Positions 13,385 to 26,050 are shown, numbered from the stretch's first letter. The stretch: 64,000 bases of DNA from Octopus vulgaris (GCA_951406725.2 OX597814.1:103726001-103790000), one strand, 5' to 3'. Numbers and translations are program-made. Notes: generated from the letters alone by a model not told the origin.

Positions 13385-14175
13385 GCCATCACGTCACATT
13401 TTGAAGGTTAACGAAGAACAGGAGATAACTAAAAAATACTGAATGGTCAAAAGACACAAGGAGGACTTAAAAATTCAAAAGATGGACCAAAAATACAGAT
13501 TGTGTCACATTTCTATTAATTATAATACACAAATGATTAACAAATATCGTCAATCATCAATCATCAAGCTACCATCTGTCACTGTGACTGATGTTTATAA
13601 AACAATTGACGGTGCCATTCTGAGGAAAGACTGTTCTGGAATAAATATAGACAACGCCTCTTCTATGGAATACGTGCATATATGTGAACCCAAAGAATAT
13701 TGGTCGAATATTCTCATCAAAACTTCTACCAAGTCAAACACATCAAACCCGATTTAGAGTATTTCAGACGGAAAATAAATATGTACAGCCAGAGATCAGT
13801 CGTCCAACATATGTAAATATATTTCGTCCAAAATTGGTAAGAAGGAGAGTATTTACGGGCAGCTGCTTCGAAACCTATTTTCTCTGCCCTCATAATAAAT
13901 TCGCATTTATAACATTCGTTATTGGGGCATTTGGCTTTATTAGTGAAAGTTTACGTGAAAACCATGAAAAGCTTTGGGTTTCCAATAAAGAACTGGATTC
14001 GTTAATACATACTTTACAAATACAGAGTCAGGAAGTGGAACAGTAAAAATATACGATACTTTTCCAGAGTTCAGCATGGGATAATTATCATTGTTCTTAA
14101 CCAAATTTCGGTGCTGGAGATATGTTTCTTTGTTAGAAACCAGTTCCTTTCTTCTAAAACGAATTCAGATAATTA
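13385..14175 (+). mobile_element. Second decayed copy of the same RLE LINE family
   Basis: SHFEG...EEQEITKKY...YRLCH...KEYWSNILIKTSTK...PEISRPTYVNI...FVIGAFGFISESLRENHEKL...LQIQS; 3' UTR motif TTAGAAACCAGTTC. Confidence 0.75.
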
Positions 14176-14211
14176 TAAAAGACATACAGTTCTTTAGTTC
14201 TGTTTCTGTTG

Positions 14212-14233
14212 CTCTCTCTCTCTCTCTCTTTCT

Positions 14234-14271
<38 letters not shown>

Positions 14272-14405
14272 CTCTCTCTCTCTCTCTCTTTCTTTCTCTC
14301 TCTCTCTTTCTTTCTCTCTCTCTCTTTCTTTCTCTCTCTCTCTCTCTTTCTTTCTCTCTCTCTCTCTTTCTATCTCTCTCTCTCTCTTTCTGTCTCTGTT
14401 TCTCC

Positions 14406-14450
<45 letters not shown>
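14212..14450. repeat. (CT)n microsatellite with periodic CTTT interruptions
   Basis: Directly visible; explains the ER- and SL-rich ORFs. Confidence 0.95.
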
Positions 14451-14451
<1 letters not shown>

Positions 14452-15628
14452 ATGTATATCCAATCTTTCAATTCTTCCATTTCTTTCTAAATAAAATACA
14501 AAAGAAACACAGCTAGATCAAAAAATAAAATTTCAAAAAAATTCCATTCAAAGAATTTAGACATATTATCACTATTCCACTTACTGATTAAGTTAGTAGA
14601 ATATGTCATATCTTCTAAGATCCTATCTTCAAAGTTGTCATGATTATTGCTTAAACTTTTCGAAACCCAACAAAATAAACAAATTACACATACATAAATT
14701 TATAGCCTCTGTAAAATACTTGTAGGTTTACAAACATTTGTAAATAAATGTTCTTTCTCCCTATTTTGTGTGAAATAATTCCCATTTTCTGGGCAGTCAA
14801 TTAAACCCCACAAAGTCAGATTAGTGCAGTTTGCTCTAATCTAATTTTCAACAATTTTTTTCCCCTTTCTCTACAATTATGCCTGACTGTGTTAAGCGGA
14901 TGTTTTGAGGGGATGTTCCGCAAATCGCATTTCAGCCAAACTATATAAATATGCATCTAATATGGGTGGTGAATTTTTATACGATTATCCCTGTGCAAAC
15001 CTTTCAATGGAATTCGATATTGTTGTAGAAAGACCATCATGGCGGCATAAAAAATATATTTCGACAACATTTTAGGGCTCAGCTGCTGCTGGTTATAGTT
15101 AAATACTTTTCAATGAAACAACAACTGAACTTGTAGGTCGCGTGTCTGGGGTGTAAGGACTTCGCTCTTCGATTGCAGAAGCATACTTTCCAAAGGAATG
15201 GAGAGGTTATGAGTCCAAGAGAAACTAAACTTCTTAAAGTTGATTTCGTCCTGTCGCTCACGGTGAAAACTTTACACTAATAAGTTGAGTTTTTCTTTTT
15301 TACTTACGTCTAAACTATCCTCCATGCAGATCTTTATTAAGGTATAGCCATGTCTGGAGTGTTCCCAGCAGTTAAATGCTTCTTAAAATTTTCAATAGTA
15401 AACTATAGCCCAATATCCACTTCACTTCATTCGTTTATATCTTCTCCCTGTTCTTGTTGAATAAACGTTGTCCATGCGGTACCATATTGTGTTGGTTGTT
15501 CTAAACTCATTCCTCACGTGACTGTCTCAGAGACAACCACTCGCTATCATTATTTCAGTAGCGATGTTGTTGTTGTTGTTGTTATTGCTGGTGTTGTTTA
15601 GTGCCAGGTCAATTAAAATCCTGTAAAT

Positions 15629-15832
15629 CAGGGGTTCTCGACGATTTTTTGCCTATGGAACCCTATTTTTTTTTTACCCTACTGGACACCCATAATCCCG
15701 TTATATTTTCACAATTAAATATTATTAGGAATATTATTATTGAAGGAAATGCAATTTATTGAACATAAAATGTAACAACAAACTCTTATACAGATCCCCA
15801 AGGGCCTTATGGATTCTCGTTGAGAACCACTG
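15629..15832. mobile_element. hAT-superfamily MITE (204 bp)
   Basis: TIRs CAGGGGTTCTCGAC / GTTGAGAACCACTG; 8-bp target duplication CTGTAAAT (15621-15628) / CTATAAAT (15833-15840). Confidence 0.88.
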
Positions 15833-16095
15833 CTATAAATCTACCATCAGAGTCGTTCCATTTGTGACCATCTCATCATAGAATATCACGTATATTACAT
15901 AATTTCTCATTGATTCACTACGATATAACATTTAAGTGCATTTGGCTGTTTTTACACTTAAAGGTCGATGCTTCACAATATAAAACATGAACCAAAATAT
16001 AAATGTTAGAAATATAATATACTAATACCTACTAAATACATAATATATTATACTAAGATTCGAATGTTTTAGGTTATTATATGAAATCTAGTTAA

Positions 16096-16315
16096 GGTTG
16101 CGAGCTGGCAGAATGGTTAGCATGTCTAGCGAAAGGCTCAGCGGCATTTCGTCCGTCTTCACGTTTTGAGTTCAAATTGCGCCGAGGGTCTACTTTGCCT
16201 TTCATCCTTTCGGTGTCGATAAATTAAGTATCAGTCAAGTATTGAGGTTGATGTAATCGACTTACCACCGCTCCCCCCACCCCCACGCCACACACGGCCG
16301 AAATTGCTGGCCTTT
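16096..16315 (+). mobile_element. SINE family B (older copy)
   Basis: GCGAGCTGGCAGAATGGTTAGC...GAGTTCAAATTG...CTTTGCCTTTCATCCTTTCGGTGTCGATAAATTAAGTATCAG. Confidence 0.85.
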
Positions 16316-16573
16316 AAATCAAGTTTAATAAGGAAAACGGGACATTTGCTGATGGAGTTCCATAGTTCCGAGAGCTGAGTAAAATACATTATAAAGTTGA
16401 AACTGACTGGCAGTTCAAGTTTCGCCTAACAGCTTCTTCGACCAGTTTCTTTATTTATTCTTTCTTGTCAGTGATCTCAGAATGTCTCCTCTATACTCTG
16501 CTAAATTTGATACATGTCTGTTAATTAATTAATTAATCTCTGGCTGAATCCTTTTCCCTATCTTCTCACCCTG

Positions 16574-16639
<66 letters not shown>

Positions 16640-17220
16640 CACTCTACTTCTCTCTCCCCTTTTTTTCTCTGTCCACCATCTCTGTTGTCTCTATTACTCT
16701 TTCTTCCCTCCCTCTCCCCTCTCTCTTTTGCTTACCTCTTTTATCTTTAAAGCTTATTCTCCCTTTATAAATTTTTAACGATAATCCTATCTTGTCTGTT
16801 TGTCTGTCTGTCTGTCTCTCAATTATTCCTCGACCTGCGCTTCATAATCTCTTTCCTTCTCTCTCACCCTCACTAATTTCTGTTCCGTCTTCTTGCATGT
16901 CACCCCATAATTAATTACACCACACCACGTGACATGCACACATCACTGTTGGTATAAAGGTCAACTAAGTGATAGTCAATCTACCCCCCACACACACCAT
17001 CAATGTGCTCCCCCACTCTCTCTATTCTACAATAGTTTGCTAACATCACCTCTTCTTCTTTTCCTCCTCCTCCACTTCATCCTGATCCTCCTCCTTCCTC
17101 CAAACCAAATTTCTCTACAAAAATCTGCAACATAATCCTTTTTTCCCACCAAACTTGTCACCCTCTCCTTTGAATCTCTCCAAATTTTCTCCATATATTT
17201 CCTCGCCATATCTTCCAACC

Positions 17221-17368
17221 ATGCTTTCCTTACAACATCCACCCCCTACCCTACCCCAAAATGTATTCTTCGGATATAACACCAACATAGGTTCCGGGGG
17301 TAATATGAAATTTCGGACACTGGAGAGAGTCGTCTGCTCTGGTAACAATGAGTCTCAAACGGAATTAG
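17221..17368 (+). CDS. Candidate alternative first coding exon (MLSLQHPPP...MKFRTLERVVCSGNNESQTEL)
   Basis: CAACCATG start context, open frame, consensus donor AG|GTGAGT at 17368/17369; lies in non-TE sequence downstream of CT-rich, promoter-like DNA. No homology recognised. Confidence 0.3.
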
Positions 17369-17848
17369 GTGAGTTTGATTTACATAAGGGTGGGGAATCT
17401 AACATTGCAGAACTTTGCCCTCCGTCTGACGATCAGGAAGAGAGGGGTAGAAAGAGAAGGAGAGAGGGAGAAAGAGGGGAAGAGAAGAGAGAAAGAAGAG
17501 TGGTGTGAGAGGGTCGAGAGTGTGGAGTGAAGCTTGAAATGGAGTGTGGAGGGAGGAGATAGAAAGAGTGAATGTCTGAGGCGAGGTAGGAGAGCAAGGT
17601 GGTGATAAGGAGAGAGAGGCCAACTGGAATAACTTTGTGGAGGTCAAAGTTCAACAACTTTAACAACCCCAGTTTCTTTCATACTCCCTTCAAATGGTCA
17701 ATTTCCACTCCGGTCTAAGTCCATTCCACTCATTCATTTACATCCCACCCCAGACTTCCCGCTCTCTCACACTATTTCGTACTTTCCTCTCTCAGCCTGC
17801 ATCTAACCTCGGCAGCTTCATCATTTGCATCGCGCGCGCGCACGCACA

Positions 17849-17910
<62 letters not shown>

Positions 17911-17979
17911 TCTTCACTCTTAAATGAAGAGAATAGAACCAAAACGTTACATTCTTCACACTTCAATCTCAGCAGAATA

Positions 17980-18150
17980 TAGGAGGTCTGATCAAAAAGT
18001 ACCGGGGCTGTTGCTATGGTAACGGAGCTAAAGTATGCGGTGTGAGGCCACTTGGCACTGATTAACTTGAATTCTGTCTAAGTTACAACGTTCTCGCTGA
18101 CTTCTGTTGTTTATAGCAGTGCTTGGAAGTAAAGTGTGTAGAGTGTGGTC
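17980..18150. mobile_element. mariner-type terminal remnant
   Basis: TA-GGAGGTCTGATCAAAAAGTACCGGG resembles mariner TIRs; no matching second end found. Confidence 0.45.
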
Positions 18151-18226
18151 GTTTCAAAAAGAAGATCGGATTTCAGCTACGCAGGCTCTCCCTGATTTTG
18201 TCAAGAAAGACTAAAGCAAATTAATT

Positions 18227-19413
18227 TTAAAATGGGGTAGGACAGTCTTTAGCAGTAATTTCAATTTGAATTCTACGGGGTATGAACTCGTACAAAGTTT
18301 GAATTGTTTCCAAAGGAATTTCTGTCCATTCTTCTGCTAAAACAGTCTCCAGTTCTTGTAGTGATGATGGTGGAGGATATAGACTCCTTACTTGTTCTTC
18401 TAAAATGTACCATAAATGTTCAATGATATTGAGATCTGGGGGATGTGGTGGCCAGATAAGATTTCAACTTCAATAGAATGTTCCTTGTGCTATGCAGTAA
18501 CAACTTTAGCTGTGTGAATTGGTGCATTATCATCCTGAAAGATTGCGTTTCTCTCTGGAAACAGTTTCGCAACCATAGGATGAATTTGATCAGATAAAAT
18601 GCTTAAAAAGTCTTGACTATTAATTCTGCCCCACCCCCACCAATCATCACAGATCCTCCTCCATGTTTAACAGTTGGAAGAAAGCAGTCTAGGTCAAATG
18701 CTTCTTTTGGCTGTCTCCACACGTATACTCGGCCGGTGGTCGGAAATAAGGTAAAGGATGACTCATCCGAAAAAATAACATTCTTCCACTACTTTAGGGA
18801 CCGATTCTGTAGGTTTTTACTCCACTCTAAACGCTTTGCAACGCTTGTTTTCGAAAGTAGTGGTTTTCTGATTGCATCCCTCTCATGAAATCCGACTTTG
18901 TGCAGCTCCAGGCGAACAGTTTTTGTGGAAACTGGTTTTTCGAGGTGGCCATTAAGCTCTGCAGTAATTTTGGGAGCTGTACTTTTGTGATCTTTTCAAA
19001 CAATTCGCGCAAGAGTTCGACGGTCCCTATCTGAAAGTTTTGGTTTTCTTCCGGAGTTTTGTTTCGACGACGAGGTTTTTCCCTCTTTCTCAAAGGTTGT
19101 CATTACTTCGAGACAGTACTTCTTGATACACCAAACATTTCGGCTGTTTCTGTTATGCTAGCGCCTGCAATACGAGCACCAACAATTTGACATCTTTGAA
19201 ATTCCGATAGATCTGTCATTTTAATGAATTTTAATTTTCTTTTTCTGTTGATATCTGAACCCCCCCCCCCCCCAGCAATTTTAGCAAAACATATTAAGCA
19301 ACGCTAATGATAAATTAATAAGAATAAATAAATAAGCTTTTGACGGTTTTATAGATATTTCAAAATTATGATATTATGCTGCTAGGTATTTCCATTATTT
19401 TGTCCAACCCCTG
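18227..19413 (-). mobile_element. Tc1-family (DD34E) transposon; pseudogenised transposase 19219-18227; one TIR
   Basis: MTDLSEFQRCQIVGARIAGASITETAEMFGVSRSTVSK...SGRKPKLSDRDRR...VIFSDESSF...TVKHGGGSVM...FQDDNAPIHTAK...WPPHPPDLNIIEHLW; TIR CAGGGGTTGGACAAAATAATGGAAATACC ending at 19413 with flanking TA; stops, frameshifts and a deletion. Confidence 0.95.
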
Positions 19414-19630
19414 TATATCTGTGAATATATACATACATAATCGTTGCAACTTGATTTCGAGTTGAGCTGTTGTATGATTTTTTATGCCCTAGACTACCGG
19501 CGATGATCTGCACGAATATGGCTTTTGAGGTCTATCAAAGACTTGTATGCTTTTTGACAGTCAGCGCACGAACACTTGGTGATTGTATAGTTTACAGCTC
19601 CACGGACTTTACATACATACATACGCACAA

Positions 19631-19669
<39 letters not shown>

Positions 19670-19689
19670 CGTACATATATAAATATGTC

Positions 19690-19821
19690 ATTATTCAGTT
19701 TATTTCAAGATTTCTTGCCAATAGAGAAAGAACCGGTTTCTAACCTCGATCCAAAACTCCTTCATTGAAATTTCAACATCAACAACAGGGTATTTTTGTT
19801 TTTTTGTTCGTACGTACGTAC

Positions 19822-19852
<31 letters not shown>

Positions 19853-20858
19853 TGTATGTATGTATGTATGTATGTATGTATGTATGTATGTGCAGATTTG
19901 TATGTTTTATGTATGCATTCTCATGCATATAGTTGCATATCTAGACATATTCATATATATATATATATATATATATATAAATGATAAACTTCTGGAAAGT
20001 TTTACAGATTTTTACAGTTCCAGTGATGGATTGGATCTGTTGTCTTCGAATTAGCTTTCTCCTTTCCACTGAGAGCTTGCTGGTACAGATTGATAAGATA
20101 TGGTCGGCAGAATGTTAGCTTCTTGTACCAATATCCAACAATCATGTCTCTTCCGGGTGCTTTTCCATCCTGGAGTTTCTGGATCGCAGTTGCAATAGTT
20201 TCGCCATCAATGTTGTATGTCTTGAATGTAACGCAGGAGCAGTAACTTTTTCGGATTTCTTCCAGCCACAGTGAATCGTGGTTAAATTCTTTCTCTTCAC
20301 TCCAGATTTTCTTCCAGAAGGAATCTATGTCTTCTCATGAAGGAGCTTCTGTGATGTTTACTGCTCCTTCTCTGATGTCTATGTATACTGCTGCCTGGTT
20401 GCGGTCAGATTTTTTGTTTATTGTTCTTCTCTCGGTTGTTCTCTTCTGGTGTCGGAGTTTCTCACTGATAACTTTTAGTTCCTGTTTGAGATTAATCAGT
20501 TTGCAAGTGAGTGTCCTCTTTTTGTTGTCTCCAAACATCATTTCTGTCTCCTTCTTTACTTTCTATTGGTGGAACGTATTATGATTTGTTTGTTTGCATG
20601 CAATAAACATCATTAAATGGCTGATGGTCTTCCGTAAACCAGTTACCTTTTTTCTCTGTCTTCAAATCCCATGATCGGACTTTCTTTGTTTCGGTTTTGT
20701 TTACATTTTGAATATCATTTATGTACTGTTTTACAGTAGTAGCCAGAGCATAAAGACAGGCGTTAATCTGCCAGAATGTAGGTTCCTCACACTGTTGTAA
20801 AAACTTATCACCAATTGCGTTAACAGCTTTTAATACCGTATCTGGTATTAAGACCACA
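19690..20858 (-). mobile_element. Internally deleted RLE LINE: pre-RT region joined to ORF C-terminus and 3' UTR
   Basis: ATAIQKLQDGKAPGRDMIVGYWYKKL (RT domain 0/1) abuts ERRKLIRRQQIQSITGTVKICKTFQKFII; the 3' UTR contains a microsatellite and TTAGAAACCGGTTC as in the other copies. Confidence 0.8.
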
Positions 20859-20859
20859 A

Positions 20860-20972
20860 TTTCGGGGGATGGGAGGGAGTAAGTCGATTAGCTCGACCCC
20901 CCCCCCCCAGTGTTGAACTGGTGCTAATTTTATCGACCCCAAAAGGATGAAAGGCAAAGTCGACCTCGGCAG
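20860..20972 (-). mobile_element. SINE family B fragment
   Basis: TTTATCGACCCCAAAAGGATGAAAGGCAAAGTCGACCTCGGC on +. Confidence 0.8.
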
Positions 20973-21450
20973 TGGAATCCTTTGTTGGGTTCATCCAATT
21001 AAAACGAAGTGAGACTGAGAACATGACGGATATAATTTTAGACCAACTTATATAAAAGGAAATTTAAAGATTTATTTGTTTGTACGTGGCACTTCGTCAT
21101 GCAAACATAATATACTACTGTAGTATTGTGCTTACATAGCGAAGGGCCACGTACCTACAAACCTTTGATGTTTACATGCCAGCCCCAGGAATGCGTCTAC
21201 TATGTATAATTGGTATATCCAATGACTTAACACCACTGTGTGCGGTAGCTACATAAGCAATGTATTGGGAGGCAATAATGAGTTAGATGAGTGCGGATGA
21301 AAGGGCAACAATCCCCGAAATATACACTCGTTACTCACTTTTGATTCGATCATATTGAATGGTTACATCTGACGTCTCGATACGAGACGTAGCAAGAATC
21401 AGTGCTGGTTATAAGTTCTAAAGAATATCTGTAGAAATAACCTTAACATA

Positions 21451-21873
21451 GGCGTAGGAGTGGCTGTGTGGTAAGTAGCTTGCTTACGAACTACATGGTT
21501 CCGGGTTCAGTCCCACTGCGTGGCACCTTGGGTAAGTGTCTTCTACTATGCCCTCGAGCCGACCAAAGCCTTGTGAGTGGATTCGGGAGACGGAAACTGA
21601 AAGAAGCCCGTCGTATATATGTATATATATGTATATATGTATGTGTGTGTATATCTTTGTGTGTCTGTGTTTGCCTCCCCTCCCCCCAACATCGCTTGAC
21701 AACCGATGCTGGTGTGTTTACGCCCCCATGACTTTGCGGTTCGGCAAAAGAGACCGATAAAATAAGTACTAGACTTACAAAGAATAAGTCTTGAGGGCGA
21801 TTTGCTCGACTAAAGGCGGTGCTCCGGCATGGCCACAGTCAAACGACTGAAACAAGTGAAAGAGTAAACGAGT
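21451..21873 (+). mobile_element. SINE family A, full length
   Basis: GGCGTAGGAGTGGCTGTGTGGTAAG head, GGTTCAGTCCC B-box, internal (TA/TG)n, tail GACTGAAACAAGTGAAAGAGTA. Confidence 0.92.
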
Positions 21874-22490
21874 TAACAAAACAAAAAGAAATGTTTTTAT
21901 AACATTGTCGATCTCAGCGCCAGGACATTGTTGCATAATGTTTGCTTATAAAAATGGTGATCAACAGAAGACTTATGCAAAAACCAAAAGGCTACTTTTT
22001 TGTAAACTGCGATATCCTTTCTCTCAATGTGATTGGGCTGCTTGCTGCTAACTACGATGTATTGATGATAACGTTTTCGGTACGATTTTGTCGCTTTATT
22101 TACACTTTTCCTACTCATCTTTCCATTGGCAAAAGGTGAAAGAAGCCATATTCATTGTAGGGAAATATTGAACCTAAAACTCGTTAGCGTTACTGAAGAG
22201 TGTTTGAAGTTCTTCATGAGAACTTTGAAGTTCTCGTTATAGATTGGTAAAGCAGGGCTGATTAGCAAATAGAACTGTTGTTAGAAGAGGAGATAAAGTA
22301 TCTGTTGAATCCAATTATAAAATTTCATTTCTTAGTCTCCGTTTGGATTTTGGCATAACATATCTGATGGATTGTGTTCAGAAGCGACACGAAGAGTATA
22401 ACAAGCTTAATGGTGTTTGTTGTTGTTTAGAGACTTATATATACTTATATATACACGTACACACATACGTATACACACATACATACATTC

Positions 22491-22875
22491 TATATACTTA
22501 TACACATTCACACAAACATAACGTATATATGTATATATGTAGTGTACATATATGATTGCTTGATATTCTGTCTGAAGAGTTTTTAATAAATCTCTTACAT
22601 GTTTCTTCCACACGTGCAATTTTGTAACTCCTATTAGTAAAAGAAACACATGTAATGGTGAATAAATAATACCCCAAAGTTTTATATACTTATATACATC
22701 CACACATACATAACGTATATATGTATATATGTAGTGTACATATATGATTGCTTGATATTCTGTCTGAAGAGTTTTTAATAAATCTCTTACATGTTTCTTC
22801 CATACGTGCAATTTTGTAACTCCTATTAGTAAAAGAAACACATGTAATGGTGAATAAATAATACCCCCAAAGTTT
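22491..22875. repeat. Tandem duplication, 2 x about 192 bp
   Basis: Units start at 22491 and 22683 and are nearly identical; the repeated peptide is visible in ORF 22407..22898. Confidence 0.92.
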
Positions 22876-23925
22876 TCCAATCTCCTGTTTACACACACAC
22901 TGGGAAATGATGTTAACCTGAAGTGTAACCTCTCTTCGACTCGTGACTGCTATATCACGTCATCTCTTGAAGGTTATGTCCTTGTATTCCAAGAACATGG
23001 GAATGCCATGAAACATTTCAGGAACAAACAGGAACTTTTCTAATGTTTCGGTTGTTGTCCTTCTTCGGAGTCGGGTGTAGAGGGCAAAGGGAAGAGGAAA
23101 CTGAAGAGGATAAACTGAAAAAATACAGTAAAAAAACTTAAAAACTTAAAATATCATCGCAGGGAAAAACAAATCCGCGTTAGTCTGCATGTTGGGCGTT
23201 GACTGACCGGAAGTTGGATGATGGGCGCTAAATGAGGTTGTTTCAAGAGATATTAGTGAATGCAAGGAGAAGCATAAGTGTGTTGGTGTGTGTGTAAGAG
23301 AGAGGGAGAGAAAAAGGGCGAGAGAAAGAGAGAGAGAGTGAAAGAAAGAGAGGGAGAGAGAAAAAGGGAGAGAGAAAGAGAAAGAAGGTGAGAGAGAGGC
23401 CATGTAGGAATAGCATTTCGAGTCTGTCTGTTTGTCAGTCAGCCTTTGTATCTATCTGTCTGTCTACCTTTCTGTCTATTTATCTATTTATTTATCTGTC
23501 CGTCTGTGTGTCATCTATCTATATACACCCGTCTAAACCTCAACCTCAACCCAAATCTCTGTATTCACTTAATTAAAAATAAGGACAACCTCAGCCTTTC
23601 GCTCTAAAAGCTGTTTTAATCGTCCGGATCTCTACCTCACCGATGCTTTGTTAATATCCAACTCCATACATTTAACTCCATTGATCTGCAAATTACCCAC
23701 AGATTAAATCATAACTTCAGGCCTATCCTGTTGCTATGGAAACGCGTCTTTCTCCAGTGACCACCCCTGTGGATTTCTTGTAGCTGTTTTGTATTTTCTA
23801 ATCAGCTTTATGAGCATCCGTCATAAGAATGATAATCCGTCTGCCCCACCTCTCTCTCTACCCTTTCAGTGCATATATATACGCACATACACATGCACAC
23901 GCACACATACATTACGTGTGACTGC

Positions 23926-23964
<39 letters not shown>

Positions 23965-24443
23965 GAAATAATCAATATAAGACTTAATTTATTAAACAAA
24001 GTTCAATAAATTTCATCAAATGAAAAAGACGAAGCAGATTGGATGTTAAAATGGATTATCCTTTTATTTCATATTCTCAGACAATTGTTTCTGACAAAAC
24101 CAAGATTTCCATAAAGAGAACATCATAAAGGTCGAATTTGTACTCTTCAGTAGGTGAGATTTAAAGGACAATAAAACTAAACAAAAAGACGTTTAAAATA
24201 TACATAGATTTTTTTCTTAGTTATTATTATTTAGATAATTGTATATTCTAACTTCCACTCACAATTATTTGAATCGAGACTAAAAACATTAAATGATTTG
24301 GCTGCTTAAATATCTAATATTTAATTTTTGACCTCCTCACTATTAAATCCAATATATATCTATTTAAAAAACTCTTTGAAGAAAATACTGGTCAATATAT
24401 ATGTATATACATACATACTTACATACGTACATACATATCTATA

Positions 24444-24488
<45 letters not shown>

Positions 24489-24498
24489 AGACAGGTTG

Positions 24499-24570
24499 AT
24501 AGATAGATAGATGATAGATAGATAGATAAACAGACATATAGATAGATGATAGATAGATAGATAGATAGAC

Positions 24571-24662
<92 letters not shown>
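24499..24662. repeat. (GATA)n tract at the 3' junction of the L1/Tx1-like LINE
   Basis: Directly visible; a second (GATA)n tract at 25716-25812 forms the other junction. Confidence 0.95.
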
Positions 24663-24663
<1 letters not shown>

Positions 24664-25714
24664 TGTTTCTTTATTAGCCACACAGGGCTGCACACAGACG
24701 GGACAGATTACAAGGTAGAGCTTTTCTTTTGGGGGAGAGAAAAAAAAAGAGGTGGCTTAGGTTTTCGATCAAAAGGGATCGTAAAAGGGAAAGAAGAAAA
24801 AAGGGAAAAAAAGAAAAAAAACGTTTAATAGGGATCATGTATCACAGTGTCATGGTGTAAAGTGTAAAGGGGGAAGCAGATAAGGTTTATACGTGGGAAG
24901 AAAAGCCTACAGAGAAGACCACGGTAACCTCGGTCAATGATGTTACATGTTACCACATTTGTTTGCAAGTAGGTAACCCTCTGTTTTAAATTTTCCGGGT
25001 TCATAGGATTATGCTCAAGGTGGCTTCGTCATTCATACGTTCCATCCTTGCTGCATTCACCCATCTTTTTTTTAAACATTCGCTAGACAAAATTTGCCTC
25101 TCTACTCTCACTTTCCTTTTCAAGTGATACTTGAAAAAGTTGATGAGAGATTGACCAGAGAGGAAAGTGTTTGTCTTCAATACTTTCAGACGCGTCCACC
25201 AGATACATTCTTTCGCCATAGCCACAAGGATGATGTAAATAGCTCTTCCTTCCCGTTTGAAGGAAGGAGGCGTGACGATATTGACGATAGACTCGGCTGA
25301 TAACCCGACTCGTCCCACACGTAACAGCAGTCGTTTGACATAAGCCCACAGGTCGGAAATTGTTGGACACTGCACGAGTGCATGCAGAACAGTTTCGTCG
25401 CTCTGACCGCATCTCGGGCAGGTCGGCCCCGTGTTTCTCGAGCCGTTTCTGTAGAGCTTATCCCGAACGAGTAGCGCTTCTCGGTAGCACTGCGAGGCCA
25501 GGGATCTCTGGAAGTTGTCCATGGGCCCTGGCCCGAAAGTCGTCCTGAACAGGCGGGTCAAGTATTCCTCGTCGACGTCCAGGTTCGCCCCGAGCTCGTC
25601 GTCGTACCTCCCCTCCACTAAACCCCAATAGAATACTTTGGTTGTGTTGAAGCCACTCAAGGTCGACCCGGGACGGCACAGTTGCTTGAGAGCAACGCGA
25701 CACTCGCGGTGCCA
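24663..25714 (-). mobile_element. 5'-truncated L1/Tx1-like LINE (zf-RVT-bearing ORF2 C-terminus 25714-25001 plus 3' UTR)
   Basis: Open frame of about 238 codons with ALLVRDKL...CPRCGQSDETVLHALVQCPTISDLW (CxxC...HxxxxC, zf-RVT); 3' UTR ends GGCTAATAAAGAAACATA; retained CpGs suggest a young copy. Confidence 0.88.
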
Positions 25715-25727
25715 AATAGATAGATAT

Positions 25728-25812
<85 letters not shown>

Positions 25813-25813
<1 letters not shown>

Positions 25814-26050
25814 TGCACAGGTCCACCAATTGTCTGTGAACCTGGCGGCATGACAGTCCACAGTAGCTTTGCTTTGGTGTAATTCTGCAACGACCTCCTT
25901 CACTCCAGTTCTGTTCTTGATCTTCTCGTTCTGGATGTGATTTCTTAGCGAGATTCCCAGCATCGACCTTTTCACGTCTCTCTGCGTCATAAGCAGATGT
26001 AGTTCTTCCCTCCTCGTCAAGGCTCAAGCTTCACATCTGTATAACATTGC
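25813..26050 (-). mobile_element. RTE-clade LINE fragment (post-RT region)
   Basis: LTRREELHLLMTQRDVKRSMLGISLRNHIQNEKIKNRTGVKEVV...CHAARFTDNWWT matches the RTE QRAMERxMLGISL...IRxRTGV...AGHVAR pattern. Confidence 0.85.

Noticed and set aside
19715-19775. GAAACCGGTT in the RLE LINE 3' UTR as a hammerhead
   Set aside because: The upstream core is not conserved among the copies and stems I and II are unconvincing.
25001-26020. 339-aa ORF as a single novel fusion protein
   Set aside because: Chance in-frame join of an RTE fragment, a (TATC)n tract and an L1/Tx1-like ORF2 end.
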